Positions 1 through 8,394 of a DNA stretch of 64,000 nt are shown here, piece by piece. Numbering within the stretch: position 1 is the stretch's first letter; each line of letters starts with the position of its first letter. Origin of the DNA: Spirochaetia bacterium. Lineage in GTDB: Bacteria > Spirochaetota > Spirochaetia > SZUA-6 > Bin103. A program made the translations under genes and the position numbers. The notes below the pieces were generated by a model. It saw only the letters and a list, made by a program, of their open reading frames with translations. It searched no databases and was not told where the DNA came from. The stretch is taken from contig OZ241863.1 in the NCBI GenBank assembly GCA_965203055.1, positions 928,001 to 992,000 of the forward strand, given 5' to 3'.

Positions 1-276
1 CGCGGCCACCCACGCCTCCCAGTCCGGATGTGCGCGCTCATCTCTGCTGCCGAAGTCATAGGACGCCGGCGTATGCGCGTGGAGGTCGACGCGCCACCAG
101 CGCGAACCCGGCCCTTGCCATGATGCGGTCACGGTTGGTTCTTCATCGGATCGTGCCCAGCCTCGGCTCCATGATAGCCGGCCGCGCAGGGCTAAGCTAC
201 CGGATGGTCACCGGCGCCGCGGACCGGGGGCTGGACGGTGTACCGCGGCGGGCTTCTCCGATATATTGCGGCTGAC

Positions 277-735
277 ATGTTGCAGACAGGCGATCCCGCT
301 CCCGACTTCTCCCTCAGCGATCAGGATGGCGCCATCCACACCCTCGCCGACTACCGCGGCCGCAAGCTGTTGATCTACTTCTATCCGCGCGCCGACACTC
401 CCGGCTGCACCCGGCAGTCGTGCGCGGTGCGCGACGCGAGCAGCGAGTTGGAGGGCCGCAGCGTGGCGGCGGTGGGCATCAGCCCGGACACGCCGCAGGC
501 GCAGAAGAAGTTCGACGACAAATTCGAGCTGGGCTTTCCGCTGCTCGCCGACGCCGGCCATCAGGTCGCCGAAGCGTACGGTGTGTGGGGCGAGCGCAAG
601 CGCTACGGGCGCACCTACCTGGGGATCAACCGCTCGTCGTTCCTGGTGGATGAGGCCGGCAACCTGGAGGCGGTGTGGTACGGGGTGAAGCCGGAGGCGA
701 CCGTGCCCAACGTCCTGGCGCAGGTGGGCGGCTGA
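277..735 (+). CDS. bcp: Thioredoxin-dependent thiol peroxidase (BCP/PrxQ peroxiredoxin)
   Basis: YFYPRADTPGCTRQSC (PxxxTxxC, CxxxxC) motif; ATG at 277 in the ORF frame. Confidence 0.93.
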   Translation: MLQTGDPAPDFSLSDQDGAIHTLADYRGRKLLIYFYPRADTPGCTRQSCAVRDASSELEGRSVAAVGISPDTPQAQKKFDDKFELGFPLLADAGHQVAEAYGVWGERKRYGRTYLGINRSSFLVDEAGNLEAVWYGVKPEATVPNVLAQVGG

Positions 736-768
736 CCCTGGCCGCTTTGGCGCCGGCCGGTTGGCCGG

Positions 769-1146
769 TCAGCGCTCGCCGGCGATGAGTGGCCGCTGGT
801 TTCCGCCGGCGGCGTCCATCAGATAGAGCTCCACCGCGCCGTTGCGGTCCGAGCTGAACACGATGGCGGCGCCGTCCGGCGACCAGCTCGGGAAGAAGTC
901 CTGGTTGTCGTTGTCGGTGAGTTGGCGCGCGTCGGTTCCGTCGGCGTTGACGACGTAGATCTCCAGGTCGCCGTCATGGTTGGCGGCGTACAGGATCGTG
1001 GAGCCATCTGGCGAGAAGGAAGCGTCGGTCGAGGCCGGCTGCTGCGCTGCCTGACCGGTCGGCAGGCGCGGAAAGCAGCCGGCCAGAACCGCCGCGGCGA
1101 GTCCAAGCAGGAGGCAGCGCAAGAACCGTCCGGCCACGATGGTCAC
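769..1146 (-). CDS. Small lipoprotein with TolB-like PD40 repeats
   Basis: Lipobox LAGC; SFSPDG and SWSPDG...FSSDR repeats; start codon uncertain (GTG 1146 chosen). Confidence 0.75.
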   Translation of the reverse strand: MTIVAGRFLRCLLLGLAAAVLAGCFPRLPTGQAAQQPASTDASFSPDGSTILYAANHDGDLEIYVVNADGTDARQLTDNDNQDFFPSWSPDGAAIVFSSDRNGAVELYLMDAAGGNQRPLIAGER

Positions 1147-1210
1147 CGCGCCAGGCTGCCCGTTCGACCGCGGAGGTGCCAGCATCGGGGTATCGGCAGG
1201 CCGGTGCCTG

Positions 1211-1747
1211 CTACCGGGTCATCTCCGGCATGTCCGAGATTATGCCGCAGGCGATGCGGCCGCCCGCGCCGCCGATGGGTTGGGTCCGGTGGTCGTCCGG
1301 CAATTCATGGATGATCACCGCCGAACCGTCCGCGTCCAGCAGCGCCGGCAGGTCCCTGGCGCCGGCGAGCGAGACGCGCGTGGTGAAGAACTCGGCCAGC
1401 GCGGTGCCGTCGGCCGCCACGTACAGGTTGGGCAGGTCGCCGGCGTCCGGTCCATCGGGACTGCGCAGGCCGTGCGCCTTTCCGTGAGGGTTGATGTGGC
1501 CGCCGGCCGCCGTGAAGTCGGGAGCGCAGGCGCCAACGGCATGCAGGTGGATGCCGTGGGGGCCGGGCGGCAGGCCGTCGGCCGCGACGTAGATGAGCAC
1601 ACCAGAGGGCGTCTGCTCGAAATCGACCCGTCCGATGATTGCTCCGGCGGCGTCGATCAGGTCGGCCTCGGCTACGTCAGCCAAGGCCGCGGCGGGAGCG
1701 ATGACGATGGCCGCGATCGCCGCGGCTGCGCATGCAAGCGTCTTCAT
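1211..1747 (-). CDS. sodC: Periplasmic Cu/Zn superoxide dismutase family protein
   Basis: Signal peptide; HGIHLH, GGHINP, GDLPNL, IIH, GGRIACG motifs. Confidence 0.9.
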   Translation of the reverse strand: MKTLACAAAAIAAIVIAPAAALADVAEADLIDAAGAIIGRVDFEQTPSGVLIYVAADGLPPGPHGIHLHAVGACAPDFTAAGGHINPHGKAHGLRSPDGPDAGDLPNLYVAADGTALAEFFTTRVSLAGARDLPALLDADGSAVIIHELPDDHRTQPIGGAGGRIACGIISDMPEMTR

Positions 1748-1763
1748 ACGGATTCCTCCTGCC

Positions 1764-2264
1764 CTAGGGGAGCAACCATTCCATCACCCGCTGAAGAACC
1801 GGAATCAATACCGTAGCGCCGACCATGACGGCCAGGATCCAGCGGGTCTGCGTAGTAATTTCCTTGCGCACCTCGCCGATTTCCTTGCGTACGTCGGTGA
1901 TTTCCTTGGTGAATTCTCTGCGCAGATCGGCGATTTCGCCGGTGAATTCCTTGCGTAGATTGGCTGTCTCGTTGCGTACGCCGGCGATTTCGCCGGTGAA
2001 TTCCTTGCGCAGATCGGCGATTTCCTTGCTGACATCTGCGCGCAGGGCGCCCATCTGACGTTGGAGTTCCAGAAAGCCGGCCTGCATTTCGCTGCGCAGG
2101 CGGCCCTCGCTCTCCGCCACGTGGCGCAGGAACCGATCCTCGACCGACTGCAACAGCAGTTGTCTCTGGCCGTTTTGAGCCTCGTGCAGCAGGTCGATCA
2201 GCGCTGCGCTGGCGTCGTCCCCGAGCTTGTCCCGCAACAGAGGTGGTACCGTGAGCTTCGCCAC
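1764..2264 (-). CDS. Coiled-coil membrane-anchored protein (DUF1640/CCDC90-like) with 11-residue repeats
   Basis: EIADLRKEFTG-type repeats and a C-terminal TM segment (TRWILAVMVGATVLIPVL); GTG start at 2264 inferred. Confidence 0.7.
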   Translation of the reverse strand: MAKLTVPPLLRDKLGDDASAALIDLLHEAQNGQRQLLLQSVEDRFLRHVAESEGRLRSEMQAGFLELQRQMGALRADVSKEIADLRKEFTGEIAGVRNETANLRKEFTGEIADLRREFTKEITDVRKEIGEVRKEITTQTRWILAVMVGATVLIPVLQRVMEWLLP

Positions 2265-2347
2265 TGTTCGCCGAGCATACCGCGTGGTACGGAATCCGTC
2301 TACCTGCTTGGCGGAAGGGAAGGAACTGACACTGCGAAGGCGCCAAG

Positions 2348-3622
2348 CTAAGGCCAGGTGGATTCGGGGTCGTGGAGCCAGCGCCAGACCGGGAGCAGGC
2401 GAATGCGGCCCCGGTTGCCGTACCACTCCACCTCCTCATCGGAATCGGTGTCGGCGGTGAGCACCAGCAGCCGGTCGCAGGCAAGGTCGCGGCCGGCCTG
2501 AAGCAGGGCGCGGAGCTCGCGCTGCCGCGTGCGTTCCCCGCTAAGGTCCCAACAGACCTGGATGAGCTGCGTCACCTGCCGGCCCTCCTTGACCACGAAG
2601 TCAACCTCCCGTTGGCGGGCATCCTTCCAGAAGAACAGCTCGCATGCGCCGTCGAGCGCCCGCTTGCGGAGCGCGACGGCGACCAGGTTCTCGACCATTC
2701 TGCCGGTGTCCGGGCTAAACCGCACGCCGCGGGCACTCACCAGACCGTTGTCGATGCAATAGATCTTGCGGTTGGCCGCGGCCTGTTGCCGGGCCTTGAA
2801 GGAGAAGCGGGGCAGCGAAAAGAACAGGAATGCCTCCTCCAGGTGGCCGATGTACTTTGCCACCGTGTGGACGCTCTTGCAGCGGGTGACGGCGGTCAGG
2901 CGGTTCAGGGAGTACTCACGCGCGACGTTGGCGAGCAGGTAGCCGGCTAGGTCGTCGATGCCCGCCACCGAGCGAATGCGGCGCCGGCGCACGATGTCCT
3001 TGTAGAGGACGGCGTCCCACAGGGTCCGCAGGTAGTAGTCGCGGTCCACGTCGCGCAGCAGCGGCTCCGGGTAGCCGCCGCCGGCGGCGTAGCGGCGAAA
3101 CGCTTCCATCAGCTCCGGCCCGGTGCGGGTGGCCGGGAAGGCGCGCAGCGCTTCGGCGAACGAGAACGGAAACAGGACCAGGGGGAGATGGCGCCCGGTC
3201 AGGTGGGTCGCCAGCTCACTGCTCAGCAGGTGGGCGTTGCTCCCGGTGAGCAGCAACCGGAATCCCTGCCGTTGCAGCCGATTCACGAACAGCTCCCAAC
3301 GCGGCAGGTTCTGGATTTCATCCAGCAGCAGATGGCGTGGATTGCCGTATACCGCGTTGACCGCGGCGATGAGGCGGTCGTAGTCGGTCACGCCAACCAG
3401 CCGCTCGTCGTCGAAGTTGAGATACCCACGAGACTCTACCTGTCCCAGCAAGTGCATTGCCAGAAATGATTTTCCGCAGCGGCGGGGACCCATGATGACC
3501 GTGATCAACGGGTCGTCGCGGAGCGGCCGCGCGAGCTGGCGCGGGACGTACCGCTCGCCCAGGCGCGCGCGCAGTTCGCGGCGTTGCGTCTCGACCGCGT
3601 CGTGGAGCATCGAACCCTGCAT
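2348..3622 (-). CDS. AAA+ ATPase, AAA_14 + DUF4143 type
   Basis: GPRRCGKS, LLLDEIQ, LTGSNA, GGYPE, KIYCIDNG, REVDFV motifs. Confidence 0.88.
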   Translation of the reverse strand: MQGSMLHDAVETQRRELRARLGERYVPRQLARPLRDDPLITVIMGPRRCGKSFLAMHLLGQVESRGYLNFDDERLVGVTDYDRLIAAVNAVYGNPRHLLLDEIQNLPRWELFVNRLQRQGFRLLLTGSNAHLLSSELATHLTGRHLPLVLFPFSFAEALRAFPATRTGPELMEAFRRYAAGGGYPEPLLRDVDRDYYLRTLWDAVLYKDIVRRRRIRSVAGIDDLAGYLLANVAREYSLNRLTAVTRCKSVHTVAKYIGHLEEAFLFFSLPRFSFKARQQAAANRKIYCIDNGLVSARGVRFSPDTGRMVENLVAVALRKRALDGACELFFWKDARQREVDFVVKEGRQVTQLIQVCWDLSGERTRQRELRALLQAGRDLACDRLLVLTADTDSDEEVEWYGNRGRIRLLPVWRWLHDPESTWP

Positions 3623-3742
3623 GAGTGTGCCTTCGATACATCATAATGCACGAAACTTGCAACTTTCGTGCGTTACGATGCGACGGCCGCCACCGCCGGA
3701 CGCCGCAGTTCTCCGTACCCTGCGCAGTCAGGGCAGGGCCGC

Positions 3743-4645
3743 TCATCCGGCCACCAGAGTGGAGTAGGCGACGGTGATCTCCTGGCAGCGCCGGAGGCCG
3801 CGCGGGTTGACGTCGGGGTGGAACCGCTTCATCAGTTGCTTGTAGCGGGACTTCAGCCGCTCCGGGGTGAGCGGTCCCGGTTCGAGTCCCAGGGCCTCGC
3901 GCGCCTGATCGGCGGCTGAAGGGGCGGCATTGCCGCCTTCGCCGCCGTCAAGGCGGGCGCGCCGGGCGCGGCGCCGCGTATCGTCGGCGTAGCCCGCGCT
4001 GGCGGCGGCCGCGAGGAACGCCCCGCGCAGCGCGCCGAAGAGGTTCTCCGCGCGCAGCACGTGCTTCGAAAACAGGAAGCGGAGGACGCCTTCGGCGTTG
4101 CGCAACGCCAGCCCCGGAATGGTGAACTCCCGTCCGGCGCAGTAGCGGCGGGCGGCGCGCCGCCGGAGGGCCTCCAGGTCGAAGTAGTGCTCGAGGTATA
4201 CCCGGCGCGCGTGCGCGGCGCTGCCGAACGTGCGCAGCATGGCGGTGAACTCGTCGGCCCGGAACCGGTGCGCGCCAACCTCGTTGGCGGCGGCGCCCAG
4301 AAACTGCGCGGTGAGTTCCGCCTGCTGGTCACGGGAGAAGAAGATGCCGGCCCGTTCCAGAGCGGACTCGGTCCCGGCTCCGCAGAGATGTTCCAGCAGG
4401 TTGACCAGCGGGAGAATCGACGCCTGCGAAAATGATTCGGCGGCCAGGGCCAGCGAGATCAACGGATGGCCCGCCATCTGCGCGCCGTAGATGGCCCGGT
4501 AGTACTGCTCCGGGGTCAGGCCAAGGAGCCGCTGCAGGTCCGCCGGCGCCAACTGCCAGGCGCGCCCGGCGGCGTCCTGCCGCCCGATTTCGGCAATCAG
4601 TCCGGTCAGTCCGGCTGCAAGCGCCGTGCGCGCCGACCGGCTCAC
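3743..4645 (-). CDS. Protein with a C-terminal J-domain
   Basis: LKSRYKQLMKRFHPDVN HPD motif; GTG start overlaps the upstream stop (GTGA). Confidence 0.75.
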   Translation of the reverse strand: MSRSARTALAAGLTGLIAEIGRQDAAGRAWQLAPADLQRLLGLTPEQYYRAIYGAQMAGHPLISLALAAESFSQASILPLVNLLEHLCGAGTESALERAGIFFSRDQQAELTAQFLGAAANEVGAHRFRADEFTAMLRTFGSAAHARRVYLEHYFDLEALRRRAARRYCAGREFTIPGLALRNAEGVLRFLFSKHVLRAENLFGALRGAFLAAAASAGYADDTRRRARRARLDGGEGGNAAPSAADQAREALGLEPGPLTPERLKSRYKQLMKRFHPDVNPRGLRRCQEITVAYSTLVAG

Positions 4646-5910
4646 AGCGCGGCCAGCAGCTTGGAGCCGAACTCCGGCGGATCGCTGTGCTCGATTACCA
4701 AGTCGCCGGCGTCGTGGAAGCGCAGGAAGTCGCGCATGCCGCGCGCGACCGCGGTGACCAGCCGGGCGCCGGGTTTGACGCCCGGCTCCAGGTACAGATG
4801 CTTGAGCCGCAGCCGCCCCGCGGCCCGTTCCAGCTTGGGATCCAACCGCCCTACCAGCCGGTCGCGATGCAGGATCGGCAGGCAGAAGTAGCCCCACTCC
4901 CGCGCCGGTTGCGGTTTGTAGCACTCCAGCACCTGCCGGAACCCCCACCAGCTCAGAACCCGGTCCCTGACCCAGAACAGGTTGTCGAACGGACTGAGAA
5001 AGGTGGTCCGGCGCGGCTGCAGCGCGCCGTCCGCGGCCTGCTGCAGCCGCGCCGCGTGGTCGCGGTGCACCACCAACCGGTGCGCCTCGCCGTCGGCCAA
5101 CCGCGCCGTCACGGCCACGGCGCGGCCCTCGGCCAGTAGCCGGTCGATGCACCGCCTCGACTCGGCCCGCGGCAGGTAGAAGTAGTCGCCGACCTGGTGG
5201 GGAGCGCAGATCCCGAGCGCCTGCAGGGAGATCTCCAGCAGCGCCCGCCTGGCCTCCTCCGCGTCCGGCGCGCGGCGGTCGACCCACGCCGGCAGCACCC
5301 GCTCGCGGAGGTCGTAGACGCGCTGGAAGTTGACCCGGTTGCGAATGGCCAGCTCGCCGGTGTCGTACAGATGCTCCAGGGCGATCTTGGCGGCGTCCCA
5401 GTTCCACCAGGTGCCCGGCGGCTTCTTCTCGCTGCGTACGTCGGCCGGCCGGCACGGTCCGTCGGACTCGATCCGCGCCCGCACCGCCTGCAGCAGGCGG
5501 GCGTTGTCCGGGTCGCGCGCCCACCGGCGGTGCCAGCCGGCGCGGCCTTCCGCCCGCTGCCGCATCGTCGGCATCACTAGGCGGTAGTGGGCCAGCGGGA
5601 TGATGCAGGCCGCGTGCATCCAGTACTCGAACAACCTGCGGCCGTTGTCGGGTCCCGCGGCGCCGCCGGCGAACAGCAGGCGGTCGAGGTCGGCCGGGTC
5701 GTAGGCGCCGAGCCTGCTCCACAGGGTCAGGTACTGCGCTCGGCGCACCACCTGCAGGGTGTCGATCTGCACCCAGCCGAGGCGTTCGATGGCCGCGTAC
5801 ACGTCGTCGACTCCGGGCCGGGCGCGCGGCCGCGGCTCGCCCAACCCCTGGGCGTGCAGCGCGACGGCCCGCACCGCGGCCAGCGGATAGACGCCGGCCT
5901 GCCGGGTCAC
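4642..5910 (-). CDS. YcaQ/AlkZ-family DNA crosslink repair glycosylase (winged helix)
   Basis: VQIDTLQVVRR, FEYWMHAAC, FLSPFDNL, WGYFCLPILH motifs; start approximate. Confidence 0.85.
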   Translation of the reverse strand: MTRQAGVYPLAAVRAVALHAQGLGEPRPRARPGVDDVYAAIERLGWVQIDTLQVVRRAQYLTLWSRLGAYDPADLDRLLFAGGAAGPDNGRRLFEYWMHAACIIPLAHYRLVMPTMRQRAEGRAGWHRRWARDPDNARLLQAVRARIESDGPCRPADVRSEKKPPGTWWNWDAAKIALEHLYDTGELAIRNRVNFQRVYDLRERVLPAWVDRRAPDAEEARRALLEISLQALGICAPHQVGDYFYLPRAESRRCIDRLLAEGRAVAVTARLADGEAHRLVVHRDHAARLQQAADGALQPRRTTFLSPFDNLFWVRDRVLSWWGFRQVLECYKPQPAREWGYFCLPILHRDRLVGRLDPKLERAAGRLRLKHLYLEPGVKPGARLVTAVARGMRDFLRFHDAGDLVIEHSDPPEFGSKLLAAL

Positions 5911-6141
5911 GGCGCGCTGCTCCGCGGCCCGGCCGCCCGCCTGCCGGCTGCCCGCCGGCGGGCCGGGCGCGACCGCGGCCGGCACCGGATCGTTGCACGA
6001 CGCATCGCGGGCCAGAATAGCGCATCCGCGGCGGCCGCCGCGAGGAGCGCCGCCGCCGCGCACTCGGCGGAGCGGCCCGAACCGCGGGCCGGCCCGGCGC
6101 CGCGGTGGACACGGCGCCGGGCATTGCCCACTATCTGCGCG

Positions 6142-7137
6142 ATGACCCAGTACATCACGCGGCGGCTGTTCTACGTGGTGCTGTCGGCAGTCGCGCTGTC
6201 GATCGTCGCGTTCATCATCATCCAGCTTCCGCCGGGGGACTACGTCACGCAGTTCGTGTTTCAGATGGAGCAGCGCGGGCTGGTAGTGGACGAGGCGATG
6301 ATGCGCGCCCTGTACCAACGGTTCGCCTTCGATCGGCCCCTGCACGAGCAGTACCTCAGATGGATCGGGAACATCATCCTGCGCGGCGACTTCGGCGAAT
6401 CGATGGCGTTCAACGCGCCGGTGGCGGAGCTGATCGGGGAACGCATCGTGCTTTCCGTCACTATCTCCATCAGTACGCTCATCATCACCTACCTCATGGC
6501 TGCGCCGATCGGCATCTACTCGGCTACCCATCCCTATTCGGTGGGGGACTACGCGGCTACGGTGTTCGGGTTCATCGGTGTGGCGACGCCCAACTTCCTG
6601 CTGGCGCTGATCCTGATGTACCTGATGCACAGTCTGTTCGGGTGGAGTCCCGGCGGTCTGTTTTCGCGCGAATACCTGGCCGCTCCCTGGAGCTTCGGGC
6701 GGGTGATCGACCTGCTGAAGCACCTGCCGGTGCCGCTGATCGTGATCGGCACCGCCGGCACCGCCGGTTTGATCCGGGTCCTGCGCAGCTCCCTCGCCGA
6801 CGAGCTGGGCAGGCAATACGTCATCACCGCGCGCGCCAAGGGGGTGGGCGAGCGGCAGATCCTGTTCAAGTACCCGGTGCGCATCGCCATCAACCCGATC
6901 ATCAGCGACATCGCCTATCTGCTGCCGGCGATCGTCTCCGGCGAGGCGCTGGTGGCCATCGTGATGAATCTCCCCACCATCGGCCCGCTGCTGCTCGACG
7001 GACTGCGGCAACAGGACATGTTCCTGGCCAGCAGCGTGGTGCTGATGCTCGGCATGTTGGTCATGATAGGCACCCTGATATCCGACTTGATGCTGGTGGT
7101 CGTCGATCCCCGCATCCGCTTCGAGCGGAAGAACTGA
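6142..7137 (+). CDS. ABC transporter permease, DppB/OppB type
   Basis: LPPGDY, GDFGES, YVITARAKG (EAA loop), VDPRIR. Confidence 0.92.
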   Translation: MTQYITRRLFYVVLSAVALSIVAFIIIQLPPGDYVTQFVFQMEQRGLVVDEAMMRALYQRFAFDRPLHEQYLRWIGNIILRGDFGESMAFNAPVAELIGERIVLSVTISISTLIITYLMAAPIGIYSATHPYSVGDYAATVFGFIGVATPNFLLALILMYLMHSLFGWSPGGLFSREYLAAPWSFGRVIDLLKHLPVPLIVIGTAGTAGLIRVLRSSLADELGRQYVITARAKGVGERQILFKYPVRIAINPIISDIAYLLPAIVSGEALVAIVMNLPTIGPLLLDGLRQQDMFLASSVVLMLGMLVMIGTLISDLMLVVVDPRIRFERKN

Positions 7138-7138
7138 A

Positions 7139-8245
7139 GTGGCCAAACCAACCGTCGCCGACCGGACCGAGCAGTACTACGTCGCCTCGAGTTGGACCCT
7201 CATGCGGCGCAAGTTCGCCAGGCACCGCTTTGCCGTGGCCTCGGGTTGCGTGCTCGCGGCGTTGTACCTTGCCGCGGCGTTCGCCGGGTTCGTCGCCCCC
7301 TACGACCGGCTGGACAGCCGCACCGAGTTTGCGCTCGCCCCGCCCACGCGCCTGCGCCTGTTCCACGACGGCCAACTGCAGCGCCCGTTCGTGTACGGGC
7401 TCACCCGGCAACGCGATCCGGAGACGCTGCTGATGGTGTACCGGCAGGACCCGGAGCAACGGCACCCGCTGCGCCTGTTCGTGACCGGCGACGAGTACCG
7501 GGTGGTGGGCCTGTTCCGTTCCACCACGCACCTGTTCGGGGTGGATGAGCCGGGCGTGATGTTCCTGTTCGGCGCCGATCAGCTCGGGCGCGACATCCTC
7601 TCCCGCATCATCCACGGGGCGCGCGTTTCCCTCTCCATCGGACTGCTCGGCGTCGCCGTGAGCTTCATCCTGGGCTGCCTGCTCGGCGGGGTGTCCGGCC
7701 TGGTCGGAGGACCGGTCGACATGGCGATTCAGCGCGTCATCGAGTTCCTGCAGTCGCTGCCGCCTATCCCGCTGTGGATGGCGTTGAGCGCCGCCGTCCC
7801 CTTCGATTGGCCCGCGCTGCGCAAGTACTTCATGATCACCCTCATCCTGTCGATCATCGGCTGGACCGGGCTGGCGCGGGTGGTGCGCGGCAAGCTCCTC
7901 CAGCTCCGCGAGGAGGACTACGTGACCGCCGCCGGCGTGAGCGGTGCGACCCGTCTCAGCGTGATCGTACGCCACATGCTGCCCAACTTCCTGGGATACC
8001 TGATCGTCCATCTCACGCTGGCGGTGCCGGCGATGATCCTCGGCGAGACCGCGCTCAGCTTCCTGGGCCTCGGCCTGCAGGCGCCGGTGGTGAGCTGGGG
8101 CGTGGCCCTGCAGCAGGCGTTTAGCATTCGCGTCGTGGTGCTGTACCCGTGGTTGCTGATCCCGGCGCTGTTCGTGGTGCTCGCCGTGCTGTGCTTCAAC
8201 TTCGTCGGCGACGGCCTGCGCGACGCCGCCGACCCCTACCGCTAG
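7139..8245 (+). CDS. ABC transporter permease, DppC/OppC type
   Basis: FGADQLGRDILSR, ETALSFLGLG, GDGLRDAADP. Confidence 0.92.
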   Translation: MAKPTVADRTEQYYVASSWTLMRRKFARHRFAVASGCVLAALYLAAAFAGFVAPYDRLDSRTEFALAPPTRLRLFHDGQLQRPFVYGLTRQRDPETLLMVYRQDPEQRHPLRLFVTGDEYRVVGLFRSTTHLFGVDEPGVMFLFGADQLGRDILSRIIHGARVSLSIGLLGVAVSFILGCLLGGVSGLVGGPVDMAIQRVIEFLQSLPPIPLWMALSAAVPFDWPALRKYFMITLILSIIGWTGLARVVRGKLLQLREEDYVTAAGVSGATRLSVIVRHMLPNFLGYLIVHLTLAVPAMILGETALSFLGLGLQAPVVSWGVALQQAFSIRVVVLYPWLLIPALFVVLAVLCFNFVGDGLRDAADPYR

Positions 8246-8394
8246 CGGGCGGCGGGGGCGCTGCGCCGCCCGGCGTCAGCCCGCGGTCTCCTCTCTCTCG
8301 CGGCCGCGCTTGCGGGGGCACTCGGTTTGTGGGATAGTCGAACCGGTTGCGTGTCTACCCTCATACTTCACGCAAACACGCAAAAGGAGCAGCT

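Noticed and set aside
3743..7146. The 793-aa and 834-aa ORFs as single full-length proteins
   Set aside because: Their N-terminal parts overlap other genes out of frame or antisense; only the C-terminal parts carry family motifs, so starts were trimmed.
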